This document shows, one piece after another, positions 38,470-50,365 of a stretch of 64,000 nucleotides of DNA. This DNA comes from Lama glama. Lineage: Eukaryota. Every line of letters begins with the position of its first letter. Positions within the stretch are counted from its first letter, which is position 1. Location of the stretch: contig CM052816.1 of the NCBI GenBank assembly GCA_028534125.1, forward strand, positions 91,328,001-91,392,000, read 5' to 3'. Below the pieces are notes generated by a model that had not been told where the DNA came from, made no database searches, and saw only the letters and a list, made by a program, of their open reading frames with translations. Both the position numbers and the translations under genes were made by a program.

Positions 38470-40440
38470 TATTGATTTTTTCCACTCATTCAATAAATTA
38501 ATCACTGACATGTTGCAGGCACTGCTCTATGTTCTAGAGCTACACAGTTTGTTGAAACAGGTAAGACCTCTGCTTCTAAAATTTAAATTCTTGATGATGA
38601 GGGACAACTAGTAAACAATAAGCAAATAAACTAAGTAATTCTAGATTATGGTAATAATTCAATGGAAAACAAACTGTGTGATTAAAAAAGGGACCATGTG
38701 GTACTGGATTTTAGTTGGAAACATCAGTATAAATTCATGTTTTGCTTAATGTAGATACAAAAGATTACATATAGAAATATTTATAGATACGTGCTTATGC
38801 ATAGGTTAGTATACACACATCCATTTCTTAGCTCTATTTGTTGAGAGGGCCCAATGGTAACACTTCAGTAATAATAAACTTACCTAGCATCAGATTTTGG
38901 TTTCCAGTACCATTCTCCAGTAAAAGGAACCAGTCTTATACAAGATGCTCATCTTCTACAAGATGAGACTGGAGTATCTTGTTCCAGAAAGTAAAGAGGT
39001 GCTCAATAAAACAGAAGGATGAGGCATAGCAAAGGGGAACACAAGAGCCAGCCTGGAAGGGCCCCCAGTGGCTAAATCTGAAACAATTTGATCAATGAAA
39101 TAAATAATGTGGTATTGAATTACAACCTAAGCTGTAATATAAATATCCATGAGTGCACATTGTTATAAATAAATGATTGAATGAATAAGTAAATGGAGGG
39201 AAAGAGACAAATCTTCCTTACAGAAGAATTCCAAATAGTTTATTTATATAGTGCCCCCTCCAGGAGACGGGGTTCAGCTCCCCCTGACCCTTGAGTGTGG
39301 GCTGTACTTAGTGACTTGTTTCCAAAGAGTCAACTGGTTACAGGGTAAGAAGCGGAGAAGGGGAGTAGCTTTACAGTAGACAAGCCTGGCAAATACTGCC
39401 TAAGCCAGGGGGCCGAGTTTAACAGTGACAGTTCATGTTGATAACATGTGCCTTTGATATTATGTGATGAGACTGCTTCACCTCTGTGGTCTTCCCCTTA
39501 AAAACCCGTCACCCTGGTTGTAACCATGAGAAAAGCAGTAGACCAAACCAAACTGAGGGACCGTCTATAAAATGCCTGACCAGTACGCTTCAACACTGTG
39601 AAGGAAAAACAAGGGAAGTCTTAGAAACTCTCAGAGACTAGAAGAAGCTGAGGAAAGGTGATGAGTGAATGTAATGTGATAACCTGGAATGGAATCCTGG
39701 AACAGAAAAAGGACGTAGGGAAGAACTAGTGAAATCCTAGTAAAGTGTGGCTCTTCGTCAATAGTATGTACCAGTGTTGGTTTGTTATTTGTGCCAAATG
39801 TACCATAGTAATGGAAGAGGGTGACAGTAAGGGAAACTGTGTGCAGCCTATGTGGGGGTTCTTTGAATTATCTTTGCAACTTTTATGTAAATCTGAAACT
39901 GCTCTAAAATTCAGTTTATTTTTTTAAAAGTAGCATGGAGAAGGCTAAGTGCATCTAGACAGAAGGGTTAGGGAAAGTCTTCTGTGAAGAGGTGACATCT
40001 GAGTTTGGACCTGAAGACGGATTGATGATGATCCTTCCTTTGAAAAACTCTTTGAAGAGCATGCAGGAAGGGAGAGCAGCTAGACTAAAGACCCTCAGGA
40101 GGAAACAGCTTGTAGCGCTGAAGGGAATAAAAAGGACCATGAGTGAGGAGGAGTAGATGGGGAGGTAGAGGTGCACCCTCCCATGCAGGCCATCGTGAGG
40201 AATGTGTGCTTCATCCTAAGAGCAATGGTAAGTCATTGGAGAATCTCAAGCAGAGGAGTAATATAATAACAGACACTTTTAGCTGCTTTGTAAAGCCTGG
40301 ACTGGAGGGAGCCTGGGCTGAGAGCAGGAGTGCTGTTAGAATGCTCCCCGATGGGTGGGAAGGACATAACAGTGGCTCATACTAGGATGATGCAGTAGAG
40401 ATGAAAAAAAGCAGAGCCATTTGAAAATGTGTTGAAAATA
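38470..40440 (-). mobile_element. LINE-2 remnant split by an L1 insertion (pieces ~38470-38690 and ~39930-40440)
   Basis: L2 3' end CACTCATTCAATAAA..CAGGCACTGCTCTA, resuming at GGAAAGTCTTCTGTGAAGAGGTGACATCTGAG. Confidence 0.65.
38690..39930 (+). mobile_element. L1MC/L1MD-like LINE-1 3' UTR
   Basis: CAAGATGAGACTGGAG..CCAGAAAGTAA...GGAATCCTGGAACAGAAAAAGGAC...TATCTTTGCAACTTTTATGTAAATCTGAAACT. Confidence 0.8.
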
Positions 40441-40449
40441 GGAGCAAGA

Positions 40450-40715
40450 GTTTAAAAAACTTTTTTGTGTGTGATTTATTTGGTGACAAAACATCTCCTG
40501 ACCTGAGTTGATGCTATTTATAGTCTTTATCTTGAGTAGTGACAGTGTTCATATATTTTGCCATAGAAATATTGTGATTGGTTATAGCCCGTTGACCCAG
40601 ATCGTGCTGAGGGTGTGGGGTATTACATAATACAATGAAAATACACCATACCATATTTTAAAAATCTGGACAGTTTGGAATTCTGAAACACATATGGCCC
40701 AAAGAGTTTTAGGTG
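40450..40715. mobile_element. Tigger-like DNA transposon remnant
   Basis: AATTCTGAAACACATATGGCCCAAAGAGTTTTAGGTGAGGGATT resembles TcMar-Tigger termini. Confidence 0.4.
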
Positions 40716-41205
40716 AGGGATTTTGGTCTAACATATGGTCTATCCTGGAGAAAGTTCCACATGCTCTTGAGAAGAGGGAGTGTTCTGCTGTTGTTGGTGT
40801 TGTGTTCGATAAAGGTCCATCTGGTGTAGTTTATGGTGTTGTTCATGTCTTTTAGTTCCTTTTTTGCTCTTCTGTCTAGTTGAAAGTGGGAAATTGAAGT
40901 CTCCAAATATTGTTGTTGAATTGTCCATTTCTCTCTCCGATTCTGTCAGTTTTTGCTTCACATATTTTGGGACTCTGTTATTAAGTGTAAATACACGTAT
41001 CAATATCACATCTTCTTGATGGATCAACTTTTTTTATCGCAATGCAATGTCTTTTGTCTCTAGTAACAATTTCTGTTTCTAAGATATTGGGATAGCTGCT
41101 TCAGCTTGTATGGTATATCTCTTTTTAAATTTTTTACTTTCAACATAGTAGGTTTTTAATCTAAAGTGTGTCTCTTGCAGACAGCATGTAGTTGGATTAT
41201 TGGGT
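40715..41205 (-). mobile_element. LINE-1 ORF2 endonuclease-domain fragment (degenerate)
   Basis: Minus-strand translations PTTCCLQETHF and IHQEDV...NNRVPKYVKQKLTE...DNSTTIFGDFNFPLS match L1 APE endonuclease motifs; frameshifted. Confidence 0.88.
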
Positions 41206-41924
41206 AAGGGAGTTCGGACCTTTATGCAGTTACTCCTGAAATAGAGCCTTATGGAAATCAGCAAATGTTGCTGATGTTGCTTTGTTCATGAAGTTACCAG
41301 TTTAGGAAGACCTATTATTCTGCAATCACGGTGATTGTGTGCTGTATGAAATTATGTGTTTTAAATCCCTTACTGAATATTCTGTTAACCTGTGTATTTA
41401 TGCAATAGTCCTCTCCCATAATTTGTGAAAGAAATATGTGATTTTTTCCTATCCTGTCCTCCCCCCACCACCTGAGACTTGGTGTGAGTAACTAAGGCAT
41501 TGTGGAACCCTAAGCTTTTCCAATAAATGGAAAAGCCATTCATAAATACTCAACTGATTCTTCCAAGTCTACAAAGCTCCATGAGTATTTTGACATAATT
41601 AGCCTTTTTAATTTAAAACTATCCTTTTATACATTTATTACACACCTTCTAGAGGGGTTAAGATTATATGTAGGTCAGTGCAACATAATGGAAAAAGCAT
41701 GGACTTTGGAATATGCAGACCAGAGTCTAAATTTTAGCTCAGCCACATACTAAGTTGTGTGGCCAACAGTGATACCATGTGTATTAATTCCTTAATGTTG
41801 CTGGGAAGGTTAAATCAAGTAACAGTTTCAAAACTCCTGGTATGTGATGGTGTTTATTAAGTTCTGACTCCCAACAAGAGTTGGAACACATACAATTCTG
41901 CCAGGTTTTGGATTTGTTGTTTTT

Positions 41925-42230
41925 TTCATTTATTTATTCATCCATTTAATAATCCAACAAATATTTATTAATTACTTACTGGGTGCCAGGCACTGTTCTA
42001 GGGACTGGAGATGAATAAAACAGTAAACAAAAGAAATAAAATCTCTGCCCTCAGAGGGTGTATATTCCAGAGAGGGAAATTGATAACATACAAGTAAAAA
42101 TTCCAAGTAAAATAATTATTAAATCAATTAGCGGTAAGTGCTAAGGGGAAAACATTGGGCAAAGAAGCGGGAGATGAAATGTTGAGAGGAGTGGTTAAAA
42201 TTTTAGATAAAGTGGTTAGGAAGGCTACCA
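41925..42230 (-). mobile_element. LINE-2 3' end
   Basis: CAACAAATATTTATT..TACTGGGTGCCAGGCACTGTTCTAGGGACTGGAGA. Confidence 0.75.
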
Positions 42231-43641
42231 ATGCAAGACCTTTAAAACTGATTGACAGAAATTGTCATATATGACTTTCTAGAAATAAGGTATACTAGTG
42301 AATGTTTGCCATGCTTAGTTTTCCTACTGAAGTACATTTCATTCTGGGTTTTAGTTTTCCATGAATGGACTAGAGAGGTCAATATTTTGCAGCCTATATT
42401 TCTATAATATGCATCAATATATTAAAAGCTCCCATAGTGGCCCAATTTCCTTGATCCATTATATATCTTGGATAGTATGGTGAATATTTAAGACATTGGT
42501 TTTAAAATAAAGGACAAAAGAGCACCATCAGATAGACATTAAGAGAAAAAGAATAGTGAAAAATACATTCTAGATTCTAAGAATCATGGATGCTAAATTT
42601 ACTCTTCCTGAGTTATTTAAAATATTTATGTTGCCACATTCACTGTGCAATCTACAGAATAATCAAGGGGTTAGGATCTTAAATAAAAGCCATCATATAT
42701 GAGAAATTCAGTGCATTTGGATTTTAATTATTTTTAATATTGATTTTTATAAATATATTTTATAAATATAGTGATAAAAACACTCATCTTGGACAAATAC
42801 ATTTTTTCTGTTGAAAAACACACATTTTCTGAGATGGACTGTTTTGCGGAGAATCTCCGTTATCTCACTGAATGCCATCTAGGACACCTGGCTATTTGGA
42901 GAATGAATGTGTAAGACTGTGATTTTCAAGGTAATATAATTGGGAGCTATTGATGTGGCTTGTTCATGACTTGGCCACTGTGAAAGTCATGCAATGACTT
43001 AAAGAGGAGGAATGACTTTTTACATTGCTCCTAGAACTACAGAAATTGACATTGGGCTTCCAAAATCTGTTTAAAATAAATGGCTTCCATTAATCAGTAC
43101 AACAGGATGCTGGGCAGCCCGTCTTTTTAAAATCACTGCCATTGACAAAGAATGAATGCAAAGGAGTTTTGAAGGTTGAACACTCCCTCCTGTTCAGAAA
43201 ACTTTTAATAATATGGAAACATTTTGTTTGAGTTTATAGTACTTAATTGACCAAAATGGAATAATCAGTTCCCCAAATTTGGTGGGAAATGTCATCTGTA
43301 ACTTAAAATCCCTAGCTTTCAAAGGCATGAGCATGGTCACTAAGCATCTTTTATTTAGGAGAAAAGTGATGGTCATTTCATGGAAAGTGAGATGTTATAT
43401 TTATGAACTAGTGCAGGAAGGAATCATTCTCAGGACAAGTGTTCTCCATGGAGCTCTAGCCTGGGTTTCCAGTGTTTGTCTGATTGTAGTGGGATAGTTT
43501 GGGTTATCTGTTAGAAGCTTAAAACCTTTCAAGATAAGTCAGTAGTGGCAGGTCTTGAGGGTTAATATAACGAGCAAGCATCTAATTATTGGTATCCTTT
43601 TCCCCAGTTAGATGTCAAACTTAGAACTTCACTATGCAACT

Positions 43642-43655
43642 CCGCCCTCTAGTGT
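43642..43655 (-). promoter_or_regulatory. Candidate CTCF site
   Basis: Minus strand ACACTAGAGGGCGG versus core CCACYAGRKGGCRS (one mismatch). Confidence 0.5.
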
Positions 43656-45690
43656 TTGCTGATAACTGCAGTCATGTTCTTGAAATTTGACCCAGGGTGA
43701 CCAGAATTCCATTAGGTTAGAACCATTTCTCTATTTTTCCCATCTTGTTTGAAAATAAATTTGGCCCAGATTCCAGTTACTGAAAAGGCTTTGACATCTG
43801 TTATGATTCACCTAATTTGTTTCAGAAAGGGTGCTTCCCCCCACCTCGATTTGATTAGATTTTGATTAAATAAAACATTTTCTGTTTTTATTCCATTTTG
43901 CAATGGGGGGGTTAAATTTTAATCTGTTCAGAGGTTTTGGAATAACTACTTCTTAAACAGTTTAAGGGTATAAAGCATGTGAACTCAAGCAGAACGTTAA
44001 ATCCATTTAAAGTTGTTTTAGGGAGTGCATTCAAAATCTGATTGCTCATTGACTATCTGGGTGCAACAAGTTTAAACAGAAGATAATTGCGAGGTCTAGC
44101 ACGTCTGCCTGCAGAGCTGTAATGTACTGATGATCAAGTATTTTAGGTATTTTTTCCAACAAGACAAAAAGAATATCCCTTACTTGGATTCATGTATCTA
44201 AGAACAACTATTGACCAAATAGTAGGACAGTTTTATTATTTGAAAGAGAAACTGACTGCCTTTTGGCTTCTTTCGTTTGGCTCTAGTTTTTTCAAAGACG
44301 GCCTTTTATTTTGCTTGGGGCAACATTTTTAAAGAGAATTAGATGAGAAGCAGTTTTTATGATGTAAAACTTAAGAACTATATTTGAAAATGAGGTTTTT
44401 AATTACCGCTGATTGTTTTACTAATGGCAAGCTATCTTGCTTGAGGGAGAAAATTTTTCCAAGAGGCTTCAGTTCTTAGTTAACAACCAGGGGCGCCTTA
44501 ATTAAGCAGTCACTATTGAGGCCCCGGCCGTCCCCGAGCCTCCTGACTGAGGGGAGGGACTGTGGACGATGAGTCTCTCTGTCTGGTTCTAAGTCCCCAG
44601 GGAAGGCTCTGTCCACTAGAAATAACTGGAAATAAAAAGGAACAGAGGAAAGATGAAGGAGAGAGAAATAGAATTTTCTTTTTCTAAATGGGAAATATAA
44701 TTTTATCTTAGAGGTCCGAGGCATTTCAAGAACATTAATAGTGGGTATTAGACAAACAGATCATTTGTTGGGAAGCACACGTGTACTCTTTACAGATCAA
44801 TGAGGCCACGGTTGCTCTTGGTTCGATGCTTAGAAAATATGACCTATTAGTTACTAAAAGTGAACAATGCGTAACTAGCTCAAAGAACTTGGTTTGTGAC
44901 ACTATTCCTGCCTTCTTGGCTGAGTAACCCATTTATCAGAAGTACACGAAGGCATGGTAACTAGTGAGAGGAGTGTTATGCTGTGTCAGGGAAGACCATG
45001 TCAACGCTGCAGTTTCCAGCCTCATAGGTGGGGCCAGGGCCTTGCTGGAGTATGACGCTTCTGATAGACGTGGCCATAACATTCATCAAATGTATCTTAA
45101 ATAGGGATAAAATGTGAGGGATTTTAAGTGGATACATATATAAATATACACACACATATATATATACACACACAGACATGTATATATATATATGTAAAAA
45201 ATATATGCTGCCTTTTACATAAAGACCTACATGTAGTTCTTTTGCCTTATCAAAACTGTAAAGTATTTATAGGCCAACATAGATTTCAGTGAACAGCTTT
45301 TTAAATGAAGCTAAACATGATCATAATTGCATAAATTAGCATGGTTAATTTATAATTAAATAGCTTGGAAGTGTATGTTTCAGTTTGGACAGCTATAAAA
45401 ATACTCTTGAGATTTTCATATGGTGAGAAAAATGACATGTTACTTAGTAATCGTCTTTTTCTCTGAGCAACAAACCATACGTGCTAAGTGAAATAAACAG
45501 TAAGTTAAAATTATTTTGCAAGGACAATAGCAATGTTTTCAGCAGTTAAGCCCTTAGCAAAATGCAGAGCAGATTAATTTTTATGGCTCTGTTGAAGCAA
45601 GGGATTGATAGAAAGTTGGGACAGTTTTCAATGAAATGCTGTAAAGTTTCATAGAGAGTAAGGAGAGAAATTCTTACATCAGTAATGTAT

Positions 45691-45835
45691 AGGGAGCTAC
45701 ACTCAATATCCTGTAATAAACCATATAATGGAAAAAATATGAAAAAGAATATGTACATATGTGTATAACTGAATCATTTTGCTGTACACCAGAAACTAAC
45801 ACAATATTATAAATCAACTCTACTTCAATAAAAAA
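45691..45835 (+). mobile_element. 5'-truncated LINE-1 3' end with target-site duplication
   Basis: L1 3' UTR ending CTTCAATAAAAAA; TAATGTAT at 45683-45690 and 45836-45843. Confidence 0.85.
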
Positions 45836-46899
45836 TAATGTATCTGCATTACATGTTCTGTATTAAAATATATTCATTTAACTATTTCCTAGCAGATCGA
45901 CACTGACATAAGATTGGTATTTCCATAAAGAACTAAGAAATATTGGCCATCATTGAAGGCAGTTTTAGTTTATAGTTTGAAGACAAGGCTCTTTCTTCAA
46001 ATAAGGTGCTAATTATATGTGAGTGACAGTTCCATGATATGAAAAGTAACACAGAACTCCTTATCAATTGTGAGTCAGAATTTGGCCAGCACACTAGAAG
46101 TAGAGAGAGCTCATTTCTCATACGGTATCAGAGTCTGATGATGGAATTTCTTCTAGATGTCTGATCAAAGCCAAACAGTGCCAGCAAAGTGACTTTACAA
46201 TGATTAAATTATACAATGATTAGCTTTTAAGTATCTGGTAAATCCATTTTGAATTCAGTACAAAAAAATATATTGCCTTATATACTTACAGATATTTATG
46301 GATTAAAACTAACTTGACGGCATAGCAAGCAGCGGTGGAAAGCGATGTGGATTAGACAGGAGTTTACTTTTCGTAAATCCCAATAGGTCATTTCCAGAAC
46401 TGAAAATATTTCTTGAGTGTGGTTGAGAGCGATCTGGCGGAGGAGGCGAAGAGCGTGTGGCGGCATCTCCCCTCGTACACGCTTTGTCCGGCTGACTGTT
46501 GGCTGAGCCTCTGATGAGCTCAGAAAACAAGCACGCTTAGTTTAAAGTTTGTGTCGGATGACAAGGACTACTTGCAGCGATTCAAGCTGATAATACTAAC
46601 TGCTGCCATGCGCTGAGCTCTAATGAGCCAAGCACCGTGCAAAGCGCTTAAGAGGCATTGCTTTAATTCTCAAAATCTGCAATAAGAACGAGCATCTAGA
46701 AAAGTGTGTCTTACTTGGAGATGCTTCAGTTTAAGTTGTGTCCACATTTACAGGATCGCTCAAACTCTCTGGAATTGAGAAAAGTTTAAATCACTTTGGG
46801 GAGACGAAAAAACATTTTCCAATCAGCTAAGGAGCCTGAACACCAGTTTATGGCTCACCACACATTACTAATGGGATTTTGGGTAAATTTAATAATTTA

Positions 46900-48070
46900 C
46901 TCAACTGTTTTTAACTACACAAGTAGTTCAGGAAAACATAATGTTGTTAAAAAGTATGTTAAAATTTAAATAATTCAGATAATACAGGGACCAGTGAAAA
47001 TGGATAATCCCTCTTTTTATTTACCTCCAAGACCTCATCCCAATTCATTACCCCAGTCCAGATAATCACTGTTAAAACATTGGTCTGCAGCCTTCTAGTA
47101 CTTTTTGAAGAATGTGTTTACATGTATATACATATATGTCTGCGCACTTACCGTGTTTTCCCCTGACTTTGTGCCTTATGCTTTAGCTTCCTTCATTTGA
47201 CAGTATATCAGTATGTATGAGTATTATTTTTTAAATGTATTAATTATATTCTTCAGAATGAATCTAACAGTGTATTTAACGGTTTTCCTGTTGAGGGACA
47301 CTTAGGTAGTTTATAATTTTTCACTGTTATAAAAATACTGCAGCTAACTCTATACAGACATTGGGTGCATTACTGCCAGGTTGAGCCAGATGTGCAAATG
47401 TTGGGTTATGGAGTTCGTGCTAGTAAACTCTTGTTAGGTGCTTCCAAATCGCCCACCGTCAGCACGGGACTAATGTGACTCTCCATCAGCAGTGTAGGAC
47501 AGTGGCCACTTCTCTTATCTTCCCCAACACTGGAAATCATCAGTTATAAATTATTAGTAAACTAAATTATCCATATTTTATAAAAGTAATACTTTGTTAT
47601 TTTCAATTGCACTTCCTTTATTACTAGTGAGGTGGAATATGGCTTCCCATGTTTACCGACTTTTGGCATTTCTGTATGTGAGTGCGAACTGTCTGTTCAT
47701 ATCCTTTGCCTGCTTTTAATCGAGATTAAGTTCATTAATTTTAAAAATTTATGTTCACATCATTACAAAATTTTCCCTCTTTTCTTGGCTAGTTTGATCT
47801 GTCAGTTTCTCTTATACAACTTGGAATCTAGTTGGGATATAGACGTTAACAAGTCATCATGTGGTTAACTTTTAACCATATGAGGATTATCTTTGTGTTA
47901 CTGACTTCTAGCTTAATAGCCTTGTGATTAGAAAACATAGTTGATATAAATTCATTCTTTCAATATTTGCTGAGACTTGAATTTTGGCCAAATATATGGT
48001 TACTTTCTGTCAATGTGTAATGTGTGCTTGAAAAGAATGTGCTTTCTTCAGTTATTGGATGTAGTTTCTC
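46900..48070 (-). mobile_element. Old LINE-1 (L1ME-like) remnants
   Basis: CCTGTTGAGGGACACTTAGGTAG...CCATCAGCAGTGTAGGA...TTGCACTTCCTTTATTACTAGTGAGG. Confidence 0.6.
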
Positions 48071-48199
48071 AAGTTTAACTGGATTGTCCAATATAGCTTT
48101 TTCCACCCCTAACAAAATTCTTGAGTTCCTAAGGTGATGCTAACAGATTTACTGGGCGTGTAGCTATAGAAAGCCCCTTGAATCACTTTCCCAACCCTG

Positions 48200-48710
48200 T
48201 CAGATAAGATTTGGTTTAGATGCCAGTGGTGAATATTCAAAATATCTGAAGCTCAGAAAAAATAAGAATTTCTTTCTTTCTTTCATGAAAACGTCAAATG
48301 AGGTACTCCAGGGCTAAGCAGGTGCTCTATGTGTCAGAGTCAAGGTTCTTCCATTCTTTTTGCCCCTATATAGGTGACCCTCATCCCTAGCTCATCTTTA
48401 TTGTTGAAAATGGCTGCTTCAGCTCCACACATTACAGCTGCATTCGAGGAGGAAGGAAGAGAAGGAAAAGCTCACTCATCTAGAGATGTGTGGAAATGTC
48501 TAGGGACCATGTCCCAGAAATGGTGCGCAGCACTTTAGATTATATCCCATGGGCTACAACTTAGTCATATGATCACAACTTGCTGCAGGGCAAGCTAGGA
48601 AGTGTGTAGTCTTTATTCTGGTTAGTCTGTGACCAGCTGAATTTTGGGAGTTCTTTAACAAAAGGGAGAAATAGGTATTGAGCAACAATTAGCAGTCTCT
48701 GCCACCACCA
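48200..48710. mobile_element. Old MLT1 (MLT1J-like) LTR
   Basis: AAAATGGCTGCTTCAGCTCCA...AACTTAGTCATATGATCACAACTTGCTGCAGGG...AGCAGTCTCTGCCAC. Confidence 0.7.
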
Positions 48711-48849
48711 GTTCTGTCAATATGTACATCCTTCAATTAATACTCAATTCATTGTATACAAGTGTCTTCAAGTGTAAAGAATACCACAATTAACCTTGTG
48801 TGCAATCTTTGCTTAAATACTTAAAGTTCCACCTTTTCTACGTGACTCT

Positions 48850-49390
48850 GAGCATGCTGTACCCCTTCTTAAGAGCCTCATCAGGTGCTTCCAGTTGCCT
48901 ACAGAGTCACATTCATGCTCCCTAGCACTGTAGTCAAGGTCTTAACTGAGCTAGTCACGTCTGAAGTTACCAAATGTCTGCCCGCTTCCTGTGTAATCCT
49001 GCCAAATAGTTATTCTTGTTTTCCCAGCACAAACCAGGAATCCTGTCTCAGTTCCTGTGTTCATGACACTCCTTTCTCATCTAAGAATATATTTTTTCTA
49101 TTTTCTCCATGGAGAACTCTCTTGCTTTCCAAGTCTAATCCAAAAGCCACTTGTCCATTAAGACATCTCTGATCACTCCAAAATGTGTACAACTCTTGGA
49201 ACGGCCATGGCTGTTTCTGTGTTTCTGCAGTTGTGTACATATTTTTTTGTCTCTCACTGTACCAGGAGGCACCTGAGGGCAAGATCGGGGCTGGGGTTAC
49301 TTTTCCATCATCTCTTCCTGGCCATGTGTATAACACTGGACAATAATACATCAGTAAATGAAGTTAAATACAGTGACTGACTGATTCCTT
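48850..49390 (+). mobile_element. LINE-2 3' remnant
   Basis: Pyrimidine-rich L2-like blocks ending CAGTAAATG...TGACTGACTGA. Confidence 0.55.
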
Positions 49391-50249
49391 GTAAAATGTG
49401 TACATTTAGTGCCTTAATATGTATTGTATACAAATCTATAGTATTGTATTAGCGTATTTTATTTTCTGTGTGGTCCAGATGACATTGCTGGTGCTTGATC
49501 ATAGTAATAAGCAGAGAGATGCCTTTAAAGATCGTGTAACTAGCTGCAGGTGGTGAGAGAAAACAGGATACTATTCACTGGCACATCTTACTATTTTAAC
49601 AGATTTATTCTTAGCCAAATAGAGGAAGCAGAATTTAGAAACAGTGCCAGTTCCTGAAACTGGAGTCATCAGGGGGCACTGTATTTCACAGACTTTGAGA
49701 AGGAGTGATGAAACATCTTGGGCTCCATTTGTGTCTCTGACTGAGGTAAGAAATGGATGTCTGATTTGGCTGTGAAAGCTGCACATAGGTAATCTTATCC
49801 TGTGGGTTTATATCTGTCTTGTCTCAAACAGGATTTCTTTGCAACAGACTGGACCTTGCCAAAATTTGGTTTAGCTCCTCTAAGATGAATTAATGAACAG
49901 GGCTTGAAATGGTCTGTGACATGGATCTTGATAACACTGTTATAACTCTGATGCAGTATATACGCAGGACATGTGTTTTAACGATATTTTTCATGTTGGT
50001 CCAGAAACTTGGAATTAATCTCATGTTTGGACAGAAACTGAAAAAGTTCTTTGTTAGACAGATGGGGAGGCAGGTAGAAACTGTCTGGTTTATATCACAC
50101 CCATCGTTAAGTATCCCAGTCACTGCGTATTCATCTTGATGGAGACACAAACATGCATTTGGTAAAAGTCACTTAATCATAATAGAACTGTGAGTGAAAT
50201 GTAAATAAAAATATAAAACTCAACTAAAAATTTTTTAATGCTTAATGAC

Positions 50250-50365
50250 TGAGATGCTGGAAGCCCAACTACTAAGGTCTGGATCAGAACGTGAGTGCTT
50301 GCTGTCACCACTGCTGTCTGAAATTGCTCTGGAAGTACTAGCTAATGCAATTAGGGAAAAGAACC
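50250..50365 (+). mobile_element. LINE-1 ORF2 reverse-transcriptase fragment
   Basis: LEAQLLRSGSERECLLSPLLSEIALEVLANAIREK resembles L1 RT motif [28 protein letters not shown]. Confidence 0.75.
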
